Shown in pieces: positions 34,963 to 48,666 of a stretch of 64,000 nt of DNA (positions are counted from its first letter, which is position 1; the number at the start of each line of letters is the position of its first letter). The notes beneath the pieces were generated by a model. The model ran no database searches, was not told where the DNA came from, and was given only the letters and a program-made list of their open reading frames with translations. The position numbers and the translations under genes are program-made. Source of the stretch: Octopus sinensis (Eukaryota); assembly GCF_006345805.1 (NCBI RefSeq), contig NC_043011.1:20658464-20722463 (forward strand), written 5' to 3'.

Positions 34963-35240
34963 TATATATGTGTGTGTGTATATATACATATATATTGTCA
35001 CCCCCTGGAATATAGCTGTACAGTAATCCTCACCATATCACAGTTCACCTATCGTAGTTTATTATTTAAGCTTACTGCGATTTCTCTGTGGTATTGTTTT
35101 GCATGTATAATAAAATAAATATATACAAATTATAAAAATAATTAAAAAAACATATGCAGTACAGTAATGTCTCCACTTCACCGATTTCCACCTATCGCAG
35201 GGATTTTTGGAACATACCACCCGTGATAGTCAAGAGATTA

Positions 35241-35282
<42 letters not shown>

Positions 35283-35548
35283 ATGTATATATGTATGTGT
35301 GTATGTATGTATGCATACATATATATAGATATATATATGCTGGCTTCCATGCCGGTGGCACGTAAAAAGCACCCACTACACTCATGGAGTGGTTGGCGTT
35401 AGGAAGGGCATCCAGCTGTAGAAACACTGCCAGATCAGACTGGAGCCTGGGGCAGCCTTCTGGCTTCCCAGACCCAGGTCGAACCGTCCAACCCATGCTA
35501 GCATGGAAAACGGACGTTAAACGATGATGATAATGATGATGATGATGA

Positions 35549-35585
<37 letters not shown>

Positions 35586-36494
35586 AACAAACACATACAC
35601 ATGGTGTGTGTGTGTTTAATTAAAAAAGGTCAAATATTATAAATGCAATCTCTATAGAAGAACGGAGATGATGTAAGGAGTGTTTACTTACCTTGAAGAT
35701 GGAAGGTACCTAAACAAATTATGAAAGTAGGCAACATCAGTTTAATCTCTGTTCCCCTACTCTTCCGGTAGAGATTCTTTATGACGTGTTTGTATGTGTG
35801 TGGAAGTGTGTTTCTCTATTTATATGCGTGAATGTGTGAGTGTATGTGTGTGAATGTAGTCTTAATATCAGTGTACGTGTGTGTATGTGTAGAGAGTTTT
35901 GATGTGTGAGGTACCTTAATCCAGTTATCACTAGCTCCCTACCAAAATATGGCAGTTCACAGGTAATACATATATAATAATGGATATATCTCACTTTCTC
36001 ACACTTTTTCTCTCTCCCTCTCTCCTTCTCTCCTTCTCTCCCTCTCTTTCACATTTTCAATTTGTTCCTTTATCAGTCTTCCCTCTTCCCTCTCTTTTCT
36101 CTTCTCAGTTTTTCTGTTAATTTATCTCTCAGCCCTTCAAGGCAATACATCTATTACACACTCACACACACAACCACCACCACCATTCCACACAAACATG
36201 TGTGTGTGTATATATATATAAAGGTGTACCTAGTTCTGGTGACATAGTTTGGTGGCTGTTGCTTTTCAAACATGTGACATAGGACTGATAATAATTTATA
36301 TATTGTTTCAATTATTTATTTATTTAGCTATTTGTCATAGAGAAGAGGAGGAACAGGAAGAGGAATATGAGGAGGAGAAAGAGAACGATGAGAAAGAGCA
36401 TTACCTTTCCCCTCCCTACCACTACCACCATCACCATCACAAAGTGTATTACTGTAGATTCAGGAAAAGGTTTGTTAGAATCAAACTATATTGT

Positions 36495-36880
36495 GGAGGT
36501 GCAATAGCTCAGTGGTTAGGGCAGTGGACTCTCGGTCTTAGGATCGCAGTTTCGATTCCCAGACCGGGCGTTGTGAGTGTTTATTGAGTGAAAACACCTA
36601 AAACTCCACAAGGCTCCGGCAGGGGGTGGCAGCGATCCCTGCTGTACTCTTTCACCACAACTTTCTCTCACTCTTTCTTCCTGTTTCTGTTGTACCTGTA
36701 TTTCGAAGGGCCAGCCTTGTCACAATCAGTGTCACGCTGAATCTCCCCGAGAACTACGTCAAGCATACACGTGTCTGTGGAGTGCTCAGCCACTTGCATG
36801 TTAATTTCACGAGCAGGCTGTTCCGTGGATCGGATCAACTGGAACCCTCGTCGTCGTAACCGACGGAGTGCCACCACATA
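36495..36880 (+). mobile_element. tRNA-derived SINE family C, full length
   Basis: A-box tagctcagtggtt, B-box gtttcgattccc, tail ...gtcgtaaccgacggagtgcca. Related older copy at ~37760-38070. Confidence 0.75.
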
Positions 36881-37195
36881 ATGACCCCAGTATTTCACTG
36901 ATACTTTATTTTATCAACTTCAGAGGATTGAAAGGCAAAGCAGACCTTGCCAAGATTTGAACTCAGAATATAAAGGGATTGAATACAACAAACCCCATAA
37001 TCCAGGGCTGTCTCAGCTGCATTAAAGGCCCCCTGGAAAATCGATGCACAGATCCATATAATATTTATCTATTGACAGAAGGTGCATGGCTTAAGATCCC
37101 CAATAGTATTTTAAGGGTCCATAAAAACATTTTGCTTTAGATGTGTTTATTACAAGAAACAGCTCAGTTTCTTTCTCTAATTTTATTCTTTCTTT

Positions 37196-37402
37196 TATTC
37201 TTTTACTTGTTTCAGTCGCTTGACTGAGGCCATGCTGGAGCACTGCCTTTAGTTGAGTAAATCGACCCCCAGGACTTATTCTTTGTAAGCCTAGTACTTA
37301 TTCTATCGGTCTCTCTTGCCGAACCACTGACGGGGACATAAATACACCAGCATTGGTTGTCAAGCGATGTTGGAGGAGACAAACACAGACACAAACACAT
37401 AC

Positions 37403-37439
<37 letters not shown>

Positions 37440-37592
37440 ATGGGCTTCTTTCAGTTTCCCTCTACCAAATCCACTCACAAGGCTTTGGTCAGCCTAAGGT
37501 CATAGTAAAAGACACTTGCCCAAGGTGCCATGCAGTGGGACTGAACCCGGAACCATGTGGTTGGAAAGCAAGCTACTTACCACACAGCCACT
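37196..37592 (-). mobile_element. SINE family A
   Basis: Reverse complement of the family A consensus. Confidence 0.82.
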
Positions 37593-38189
37593 CATATTCA
37601 CCTTTCACAAGTTGAAGTATGAAAAATAAAATGGGAATTTTGGAAGAAGTGTCTATAAAACTAGTTCTTTAAAAATATTGAATGACTATGAGGGTCCACC
37701 AGAATAAAACAGTATTTCAAAGAGGCCCATAGATAAAAATGGTTGAGAAACCCTGGCTAGTGGTTAGGGTATTTAGCTCATGATTTTCAGGTTGTGAGTT
37801 TGGTTCCTGGCGATGCATTGCATCCTTGAGCAAGTCACTTTATTTCACATTCATTACTCCAGTCCACTCAGCTGGTAAAAACGAGTGGTACCCATAATTC
37901 AAAGGGCCACCCTTGTTACATTCTCTATCACACTGAATCTCCCTAAGAATCTACATTAAGGGTACACATGTTTGTAGAGTACTCTGCCACTTGGCATGTT
38001 AATTTCATGAGCAGACTGTTCCATTGATCGGATCAACTGGAACACTCATTGTCATCACTGAAGGAGTACCATTTTTTTTTATCAATAGCAAACCACAGCC
38101 ATCATAGATCAGAATTAGGCCCCCTGACCAGTGAGGTACCTGGGCAACAACAGATTAAAACAGTGGTTCATTAACTAAAATGGTTGATT

Positions 38190-38826
38190 CTTATTTCTTT
38201 ATTACCCACAAGGGGCTAAACATAGAGGGGACTAACAATGACAGACAAAGGGGTTAAGTCGATTACATCGACCCCAGTGTGTAAATGGTACGTAAATCCC
38301 TGAAAGGATGAAAAGTAAAGTCGACCTCGGTGGAATTTGAACTCAGAACGTAACAGCAGACAAAATACCGCTAAGCATTTCGCCCAGCATGCTAACATTT
38401 CTTATTTCTTATTTCTTTATTGCCCACAAGAGGCTACACACAGAGGGGACAAACAAGGACAGACAAACAGATTAAGTTGATTATATCGACCCCAGTGCAT
38501 AACTGGTACTTATTTAATCGAACCCGAAAGGATGAAAGGCAAAGTTGATCTCTGCGGAATTTGAACTCAGAATGTGACAGTAGATGAAATACCTATTTCT
38601 TTATTACCCACAGGGGGCTAAACATAGAGGAGACAAACAAAGACAGACAAAGGTATTAAGTCGATTACATCGACTCCAGTGCGTAACTGGTATTTAATTT
38701 ATCGACCCCGAAAGGATGAAAGGCAAAGTTGACCTCGGCGGAATTTGAACTCACAACATAACAACAGACGAAATACCGCTGAGCATTTCGCCCAGCATGC
38801 TAACGTTTCTGCCAGCTTGCCGCCTT
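38190..38826 (-). repeat. SINE family B trimer
   Basis: Three tandem units. The first junction is aaagaaatag|gtatttc (~38590) and the second carries an (AAGAAAT)n tail. Confidence 0.85.
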
Positions 38827-39296
38827 TGACTGATTCTGGCCATTGACAGTTGTTGACTGTTCATCTGCTCAGCATCTGGTGACATTCACCATTGACTCAA
38901 TGAGTCCATTTGCTGACATAGTTGATCACTGAATTACTAAGTAAAGAGAAGGATTGCGGTTTAAAAATGTGCATTTCAACTGAGGTAAATTTCTAGACAG
39001 GAAGAATTAAATAAAAACTCGTACAGCTACACCAATACTTGACTCATTGCGACATCAAAGATGTAACAGCTGGAGAGAGAAGCAGCTGCAGCAGCACTCA
39101 GCTTTGCACTCATTACAGCTTAATAGACAGGATATAAATGTAAAGTGCTCTTTATTCAAGAAGACAATGTGTTGTCCGGTCCAGAAATCAAACCCTTATA
39201 AACATGAGTCCTAAAACCACTATTCCCAATCGATGTGTGTATGTGTGTTTGGGTCTGTATCTGTGTTGATACATTTTACCCGTCCAAAAATTAGTG

Positions 39297-39597
39297 GACA
39301 GGTGTGGTGGGGTACATGCAGTGGTCATGTGAAGGCACATCAAGTGGTCATGTGGAAGGTACATACAGTAGTCATGTGGAGATCCTATGAAGTGGTCATG
39401 TGTTGGGTACATCAAGTGGTCATGTGGGAGGTACATACAGTGGTCATGTGGAGATCATATGAAGTGGTCACGTGTTGGGCACATCAAGTGGTCATGTGGG
39501 AGGTACATACAGTGGTCATGTGGAGATCATATGAAGTGGTCACGTGTTGGGCACATAAAATGGACATGTGGGGCCCACATCAAGCGGTAATGTGGTG
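39297..39597. repeat. minisatellite (~20-nt unit, acatgaagtggtcatgtggg-like), array 1
   Basis: About 15 imperfect tandem units, embedded in a decayed family A SINE. Confidence 0.9.
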
Positions 39598-40337
39598 TCT
39601 TTTTATATTCTGTAACTCAGCAGTTCAATTATTAGAGACTGATTAATTACTTGCAAGCCTGAAATAAGTACCAAGGTCGATATGATTGAGTAAACCCATT
39701 GAAGGCAGTGCCTGGGTATAGCTGAAGACCAATAAGGGGGACCAGTCAAAGGAACGTTTTTTTTTCCCCCGGTTTAAAATAAAGATGGGAATAAGTTTGT
39801 GGAAACATAGTGTTTCTGTACTCATGTATCATCTACATATATTAATGTTAGATAATGCTAATCTTATATATCATAATATACAATAATCTTTATCTAAAAT
39901 TTTACTAACAAGTATAAAACCATTTGTTGATTTCCCATGTAATCATTGATATTTTAAATAAAGTGCAATGACCTCTCACCACAAAATGATAACAGGCTGT
40001 AAATAAATATAAATTCTTTTTTTTTTCTTTTTTGCATTTTTATTTTAATTGGTTGTGGTGATGACACAGTCAGTAGAGACTATAAATATATAATTTGCAG
40101 TCAGAATTCTGAGTTCGGATTCCTGTACCCTTTTGAGAGGAAGCTAACCAATGCTTCCTTATCAAAGACGACAAAACTATTTTTGTATGAGATATGAAAA
40201 GAATACAGTTAAGATAATTCATTATTCTGAAATGATAAAAAATCAAAAAAAAACATGCGAAAACATCTGACTTCCCAGCTGACAATGAATAGTACAGTAA
40301 CTACTCTTTTAGTCTTTTACTAGTTTCAGTCATGGGG

Positions 40338-40900
40338 CAGTGGCCATGTGGCAGGATACATGAAGTGGTCATGTAGGGAACATGCAAAGTGGTTATGTGG
40401 GGGGCACACAAAGTGGTCATGCTGGAGGTGCATGAACGGTCATGTGGGGGATATGAAGTGATCACGTGGAGAGCACATGAAGTGGTTATGTGGGGGTTAC
40501 ATGAAGTGGTCATGTGGAGGGTACATGCCATGGTCATGTGGGGGGGAGGGGGCACATGGAATGGTCATGTGTTAGGTACAAACAATGGTCATGTGAGGGT
40601 ACATGAAGTGGTCATGTAGGGGGATACATGCAGTGGTCATGTGGGGATCACATGAAGTGGTTATGTGGAGACACACAAAGTGGTCATGTGGGAGGTACAT
40701 GAAATGGTTATGTGGAGGGACATAAGTGGTCATTTGTGGAGCACATGAAGTGGTTATGTGGGGAGAACATGCAGTGGTCATGTGGGGGTTACATGAAGTG
40801 GTCATGTGGAGATCATATAAAGTGGTCATGTGTTGGGCACATAAAGTGGACATGTGGGGCCCACATCAAGCGGTCATGTAGGGGTCACATGAAGTGCCTT
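40338..40900. repeat. minisatellite (~20-nt unit), array 2
   Basis: More than 25 imperfect units inside the tail of a minus-strand family A SINE. Confidence 0.9.
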
Positions 40901-41782
40901 GAAGTGTTTTAGTTGGTCACATCGACCACAGTACTTTTTGTAAGCCTGATATTTATTTTATCAATCCCTTTTTGCTGAACCCACTAAGTTATGAGGATGT
41001 AAACCTATCTACTGACACCAGTTACCAAGTAGGGAAAGGCACACACAGACATAAACAGACACACACACACACACACACAGAAACACTGCCAGATCAGACT
41101 GGGCTTGATGCGGCCTTCCGGCTTCACAGACCCCAGTTGAACCGTCCAACCCATGCTAGCATGGAAAGCGGACGCTAAATGATGATGATGATATATAAAC
41201 ACACAACATACAAATACATGCTCATACAAACACACACACATACAAACACACACACACACACATCTACATATAACAAGCTTCTAAATAGTTTCTGATTAGA
41301 GTTGTAGTTGAGAAAAAGTTGGCTAACATAGGAGGAATGGAAGCCATTTGAATACTGGAAAAGAGTTACTTGTATCATTAATGATTTGTGCTGGGTATCA
41401 AAATGCTAACATCATGACTGCTGCTCCATGCTCTGGGAGCACTGTAAATAACTGCAAAGGAGACTACAAAGCTATCCAGCAGGAAGAGACACAGCAGGCA
41501 TTCTGACCACTAGCATATGCCACCAGGGGCAGCCCTTCCATTTGCCTACAGCAGACCCAAAAGTGCCACCCAAGGCAGATCATCCAACTCCCCACCAGCT
41601 ATGCTAGTGACTCTGACTGCTTCCACACACTGGAATTCCTCCCCACATCTTTGAACAGGACATTAGGCTCGATTCAGATGGCTGTATGAAACTGCAGGAG
41701 ACTTTGGTCAAACCTTAACTGGATAGTATTGCTACTGGAAGGCCATATAGGTGGTAGTATGATTTGGTCCCTTGCCACACAT

Positions 41783-42255
41783 CATCATCATCATCATCAT
41801 CATCATCGTTTAACGTCCGCTTTCCATGCTAGCATGGACTGGACGATTTGACTGAGGACTGGTGAACCAGATGGCTGCACCAGGCTCCAATCTCAATGTG
41901 GCAGAGTTTCTACAGCTGGATGCCCTTCCTAATGCCAACCACTCCGAGAGTGTAGTGGGTGCTTTTACATGCCACCGTCACGAGGGCCAGTCAGGAGTTA
42001 CTGGCAACGGCTATGCTCAAATAGTGTTTTTTATGTGCCACCTGCATAGGAGCTAGTCCAGCGACACTGGCAGTGACCTCGCTCAAATGTTTTTGCACAA
42101 GCCACCAGCACAAGTACCAGTAAGGCGATGCTGGTAACGATCATGCTCGAATGGTGCTTTTTACGTGTCACCGGCACAGAAGCTAGTTAGCTGCTCTGGC
42201 AACGTTCATGCTCAGATGGTGCTCTTAGTGCTCCACTAGCACAGATGCCAGTCAG
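41783..42255 (-). mobile_element. RTE 3' UTR (type B)
   Basis: (CAT)n followed by the reverse complement of the type B UTR. Confidence 0.8.
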
Positions 42256-42707
42256 AAGTAGTTGTCAAAGAATTTCTGGGACTTCACCAGCCCCAATTTC
42301 TGGTTTCTTAATTCCTCCAAGTGTAATCCCATCTTTTTATGTCATCCAAGGAATTGAAATTTTTACCATTAAGACTTTTCTGCAGAGACCTGAATAAGTG
42401 GAAATCTGAAGGAGCAATATCTGGGGAATAGGGAGGGTGGGGGTAGCACATCCCAGCCGAGCTGCAGCAATTTTTGTCTGGTTCCCAAAGCATCAAGTGC
42501 CGAAAATGAACTTTCTTGTCTTTTATTTTAAAGGGTACAGAATTAACACAGGTAATAGAAACATAAACCTTCTTCCACAAAAAGATAGCTTAAACTGTGC
42601 TCTAAATGGAGGTGTAGTCAAATCCTATTTTATGGACTCAAACATGTTCTAAAATAAGTCAAAAGATAAGCTACTATAAATCGGCACGAACTTTCCGGAC
42701 AACCCAA
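42255..42707 (-). pseudogene. internally deleted mariner
   Basis: TA|ttgggttgtccggaaagttcgtgccg terminus at 42707 and HPPYSPDIAPSDFHLFRSL motif. Confidence 0.8.
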
Positions 42708-43671
42708 TACTTCTATATTTTTATCATGAAACTATTAATATAAATATGTGTATATTCGTATGGAATAATACCTCATGTGCTAAATCTGAATTTTCTTGTC
42801 TGAATGTTTTAAGACAAATATCCGAAATTTTTATCGTATACCACATTTTATTAATACTTAGCTCATATACGGAGACAAAAATGTTGTACTATATACTGCA
42901 GGTTATCTCCATTAAAATTCTCGTATTATATACATTATATATAATATACACACTGGCGAAAATAAATTTAAGACCAATGATAAAAGTTCTATTTCTTACA
43001 AAATATTCTGTTACTAGTCCTTTGCCTATCTTTATATTGACCAGTCTCCGAGTATAACTTCCACGCTTGCACGCAAACCGGTTTACTGCACTTTAGTTGC
43101 TTGCTGATGTTCGAAAAGGAAACTTTTTGCTGTAATATATGATTTTTGCTCTCGTGACTGGACTAAGGCTACATTGTTTTCCCATTATTAATAAATTGTA
43201 TAATAACATTAAATCATAACTTTATATGGTGCATTTAGGCTCGTTGTGTGACCATCCATTTTGGCCAAAAAAATTGCATACATATTACATGGTCTTAAAC
43301 TAATTTTGCCGGTAAATTTGAAACGTTTATATTACGTTCTGAGTTCAAATTCCGCCGAGGTTGACTTTGCCTTTCATCCTTTCGGGGTCGATAAATTAAG
43401 TACCAGTTACGCACTGGGGTCAATATAATCGACTTAATCCGTTTGTCTCCTCTATGTTTAGCCCCTTGTGGGCAGTAAAGAAATATATATTAATTTAGCA
43501 TTAGAATTCTTCAAGTTGTATAAAAATTGTTTGCATCATTCGAAAGAGAAATAAATTTTGCATAAGGTGTAAAAGATATAAATAATTTGTATGGTGTTAG
43601 TAACAAAATATTTTGTAAGAAATAGAACTTTGATCGTCGGTCTTAAATATATTTTCGCCGGTGTATATATC

Positions 43672-44720
43672 TCAGGTCATCCCATAAGTTCTGTCCGAAT
43701 TTTGGATAAAGAATCCAAGTGATCAAATGTTATATTTAATTGAAATTTAATCATCAATGTACTTTCCCTGATTATCTATGACTTACTTCAATCTATTTAC
43801 AAGCTTTTTAATCCCATCAATGTAAAACTCTTTTGGTTTCAAAGCGAAGAACTCTGAAATGTCAGGTTCGACCTCCTTCTGGCTTGCAAAAGTTGTGACC
43901 CCCTAATAATTCTGTAAACTATGAAACAAATGGTATCCTGAAGGAGTAAGGTCGGGAGAATAAGTTGGATGAAGAAATTTTTCCAAACCGACCTTTTCGA
44001 TCTTCTGTGATGTGATCTTGGCAGTGTGGGGTTGCGCATTGTCCTGATGAAACATCACTCGTTTTCGACTCACTAAAGCGGCTCTCTTTTCCTTCAAAGC
44101 TTGGTTCAAACACTCTAATTGCTGACAGTAGACTTGAGCATTGATTATTGCATTAGGTGGTAACAATATAAAGTGAATTACACCTTTGCATTCGCACCAG
44201 ATAGAGATAAGAACCTTTTTCCCATGAAGTTCCCTTCTCGGTTGTGGTTGAGTGTTTTCCCTTTTACCAAGCCATTGTTTACGACGTTTAACATTTCGAT
44301 AGAAAATCCATTTTTCATCACAAGTCTATCGAAAAAGGGTGAAATGAGTTTGCGAGAATGGAGAGAAGAGCAGACGTCAACTCGGGACTTGCGGTTGCTT
44401 CAAACAATACATGAGGCACCTATTTTCCAAGTTTAGGAATCTTTCCACGTTGTTGAAGATGACGATGAACTGTTGTATAGTTTGAAGTAAGCTTTATTGC
44501 CAATTCTTCAACTGATAATGATGGATTTTCTTCAAGTAATGCCTCAAGGAGCTTATCATCAAACTCAACTGGACATCCTATTCGATCTTCATCTTCAATT
44601 TTGCAAACGATCTCCTGCAAGTTCTTTCATTCAAGCACTTCCCCATAAACTGAGTGTATGCTTCGAGTCACTTCGGCTGCAGAGTTACCTTTATTGTACT
44701 CATAAAGAATTATATGTGCC
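43672..44720 (-). pseudogene. decayed mariner (DD34D), 5' end missing
   Basis: GCPVEFDD..LLEENP, MFHQDNAQPH, HPTYSPDLTPSGYHLF. TIR-like tcaggtcatcccataagtt at 43672. Confidence 0.85.
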
Positions 44721-44773
44721 TTAAATGCTCCTTGGATACTTCCATGTTGAAAGGGTTTTAATCAAAGCAATTT

Positions 44774-46100
44774 TAGGGTGTCCCCGAAGTCTGGTACATG
44801 GAATAAAATCATAACATAAACAAATATAAGAAATAATAATTTTCCTTTTTTACTTTTGTTGAAATTAAATTTAAAAAATACTTTACTTTTCTAAATTTAT
44901 TTGTTATTTTTTCTACAGATGATCGAATGATGGCTCTGTCTAAAGAAGAAAGAATCCCAGATCGAATGATGGATGTGTCTAAAGAAGAAAGAATCGAGTT
45001 AGTATTATTAAGTGGATGAGAGAGATGGTCTTATCGCAAAATTGCGGAAGAATTTAATCTTCGACACCCTTATAGGTAACCTATTTTTTTACTGCCGTCG
45101 GGAAATTGATCAAGAAATTTAAAGAAACAGGCAGTGTATTGGATAAACCCCGTTCCGGGCGACCAAAGACTTCAGATGAAATGAAAGAGGCTGTCATGGC
45201 TAAAGTTTGTGCTAACTCAAAGAAATCACTTCATCGGACATCCACGGTGTTAGGTGTTCCAAAACCAACCATCCACAAAATGCTGGTTGAGGAAAAGTTT
45301 CATCGATACAACCTACAGATATTGCATCACTTAAATGAAGACGACACTGATAGACAAATGTAGATGTGCGAATGGTTTTCAGATAAATTGGATGAAAATA
45401 TCAATTCTACGAAAAACTTTGTTGTTCAGTGACAAAGCTACGTTTTATGTAAATGGTGAGGTCAACAGACAGAACCTTCTATACTGGTCTCGAGGTAATC
45501 CACATTGGATGGATCCATCCAAACAGCAAGGCAGAAAAAAGGTGGTGGTGTGGTGTGGTTTGTGGAAAGCTCATGTTCTAGGACCCTTCTTCATTGAACA
45601 TGTAACGGATGAGACTTATGTAAATATATTGAGAGACAAATTAATATCTCAAATTGAGCGCCTAGGCGAGGGGCTTCCGAATTGGTTTCAGCAGGATGGG
45701 GCCCCTACCCATTTTGCCACAACTGCTATAGATTGGCTTAATGACACTTTTCCTCACTGGATTGGAAGAAGGCCTCATATGGAAAGGTCCCCTCGTTCAC
45801 CAGACCTTTCTCCCCTTGATTTCTTTTTCTGGGGTATGTTGAAAGAGAAAGATTACAATAAAGATTACAGATTTAAAACACATGAGAGAACGCATTACCA
45901 GTCAGTATGCTGAAATTGATGGCAATGTAAACTTATTTAATCAAGTTCACCTGAATTTTGCAAGGCGCATCAAGTTATGCATTGAAAAATGATGGAAATC
46001 ACTTTGAAAATATTATTTATTAATATTATAATTAAATAAAATTGGTTTGTTTTCAAAGTATGTGTTAATCCCCATGTACGCAGACTTTGTGGACACACTC
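44774..46100 (+). pseudogene. rosa/DD41D-type Tc1-mariner transposon, decayed
   Basis: Degenerate TIRs agggtgtccccgaagtctggtacatgg / ccatgtacgcagactttgtggacacactc|TA. Motifs FSDKATF, FQQDGAPTH and SPRSPDLSPLDFFFWG. I count 40 residues between the 2nd and 3rd Asp. A 36-bp duplication sits at the ORF start. Confidence 0.82.
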
Positions 46101-46649
46101 TATTATTTTGTAAAACAATATTGAATTAGTTTAAACGTACACAAATGCATAAAAATAATTTTTAATTGCATTAGACATTTGAAAATATTATTAAATTTCA
46201 TTCAAATCTAAAAAAAAAAGGTAAAATTGAACAGAACTGATTGGATGACTTGATATATATAATCTATGATATTCTAGTAGGTTTCAAGTTTATAACACCT
46301 TGATATCTCATGTTATCTCATTTTATATGCCTAAGACGTTTATTTTCTATTCTGGTTTTTATATATTTCTATACATTATATTTGTATCTATAATTTATTT
46401 TAAGCCGAAACATAATACGATCCTTGTACAAACGAAAGAACAAGAATGTCCTCTGGAACTTTTATCTTCCACCGGTGTTTGTAATCGATGGTGACATGTG
46501 CGATGATTTTGCAACTATCTTATATTTTACAGAGAAATTGGAAGCCCTGAATGTAAGCCACCACTTTATGCATAATACAATATTTATAGTTCTCCATTTC
46601 TAACTCAAATTCTGTTCTCAATAATTATAGATCTCTATTTCTAAATGTA

Positions 46650-47131
46650 ATTCTTTTTCTTCTCGTTCAGTTTATAACTATAACACGCATTCTTGTCTGT
46701 CTCTTGACAAAGCTTTTTTTCTCCAGTGTTCACCACTTCACCTTGTTAGGGTTAATCAGCCCTTGCCGAATGTTTTCACTGTCCTGTTTTTGTTAGTTGC
46801 TTTGACGTTCCACGTGTCACAAATTTTATCTAATTTGCTTTGGGGGAGCAATTGCTTTGACGAAGATGCATCTTGTTGCACTGCTCGCAATGCGGAGTAG
46901 GTAAATCTGCCAACAATTAAGGAAGGGTTGTTTTTTTTATGCTGCCTTCGCGCTATAGTTCTCAATATATAATGGAAATTCTTTCCTCCCAACCCAACCC
47001 CCATAGCGTCAACTGTGGGCTGGTAGCTGTGTACAGTCGCCCCAATGTCGCCCAGAGCGAGCTCTGGTCGCCATAGCGTCGACTGTGGGCGTTGCGTGTT
47101 ATAGTTATAAACTGAACGAGAAGAAAAAGAA
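46650..47131. mobile_element. MITE-like element with ~40-bp TIRs, TA target
   Basis: attctttttcttctcgttcagt(tt)tataactataacacgca is inverted at both ends and identical except for a 2-nt indel. Flanks read atgTA...TAcat. Confidence 0.75.
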
Positions 47132-47136
47132 TTACA

Positions 47137-47208
47137 TATATATATATATATACATACATATACATATATATATACATACATATATATGTATGTATATATA
47201 TGTATATG

Positions 47209-47261
<53 letters not shown>

Positions 47262-47711
47262 GATAGATATAATATATATATATAGGCGCAGGAGTGGCTG
47301 TGTGGTAAGTAGCATGCTTACAAACCACATGGTTCCGGGTTCAGTCCCACTGCGTGGCACCTTGGGCAAGTGTCTTCTACTATAGCCTCGGGCCGACCAA
47401 AGCCTTGTGAGTGGATTTGGTAGACGGAAACTGAAAGAAGCCCGTTGTATATATGTGTATGTGCGTGTGTGTTTGTGTGTCCATGTTTGTCCCCCTAGTA
47501 TTGCTTGACAACCAATGCTGGTATGTTTATGTCCCCGTAACTTAGCGGTTCGGCAAAAGAGTTCGGCAAAAGAGAATGATAGAATAAGTACTGGGCTTAC
47601 AAAAATAAGTCCCAGGGTCGAGTTGCTCAATTAAAGGTGGTGCTCCAGCATGGCTGCAGTCAAATGACTGAAACATGTAAAAGAGTAAGAGTATATATAT
47701 ATATGTGTGTG

Positions 47712-47750
<39 letters not shown>

Positions 47751-47833
47751 GTATATATATATATGTATGTATATGTATGTATATATATATATGCATGCAT
47801 ATATATATATGTATGTATGTGTATATATATATA

Positions 47834-47886
<53 letters not shown>

Positions 47887-47905
47887 ATATATATGTATAT
47901 GTATG

Positions 47906-47936
<31 letters not shown>

Positions 47937-48140
47937 GTACATGTATCTATGTATATGTATGTATGTATGTATATGTATATGTATGTATATATATGTATAT
48001 GTATGTATATATGTGCATGTATCTACGTATATGTATGTATGTATGTATATGTATGTATATATATATGTGTATGTATATATATATATGTATGTATATATGT
48101 ATATATATGTATGTATATATATATATATATATGTATGTAT
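47137..48140. repeat. (TA)/(TATG) microsatellite blocks surrounding a full-length plus-strand SINE A (47285-47690)
   Basis: Direct reading. Confidence 0.9.
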
Positions 48141-48666
48141 ACGTGCGCACGCGCGTGTGTTTTTCTATTATATAAGTATAGAAAACTGATAATTTCGGTG
48201 AACTTATTCCAACCAACACCATAAACAAAAGTACTTCTTTTTTTAACCTTAATGATGTTGGCGATGCCAGACGATCATGATGATGATATGAAGAGGAAGA
48301 TAGTGTTGCTAATGAATGCAATAGGGCCTGTGGTATGTGATGATGATGATGATGATGATAATGATGATGATGGATGATGATGATGATGATGATGATGACG
48401 ATGAGGAGGAGTTGACCTCGACCTAAACAAGGATAATGATGGTAGTGACGACGTGGACGACGATGACGTTGGGCTCGATGTTGATGTTGATGATGACGAT
48501 GACGACGACGAGAGGAGGAGGAGGAGGTGGGGTAATGAGGAGAGGGATGAGGAGGGGGACGAGAGGGGCGAGGAGGATGGCAGGTGCTTGTGGAATAAGC
48601 AGCCACTACGGCTACTGCAATGTCAACAAAGAATGACGACTTGCGGTATTTTTGTATTGTTTGGTT

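Noticed and set aside
36495-36570. tRNA genes (A/B boxes here and at 167, 4386, 22700 and 51150)
   Set aside because: The boxes run straight into SINE bodies and I could not form a complete cloverleaf with an acceptor stem.
39297-40900. CRISPR-like regular repeats
   Set aside because: The units are contiguous and degenerate with no unique spacers, the context is eukaryotic, and there are no cas genes. They are minisatellites.
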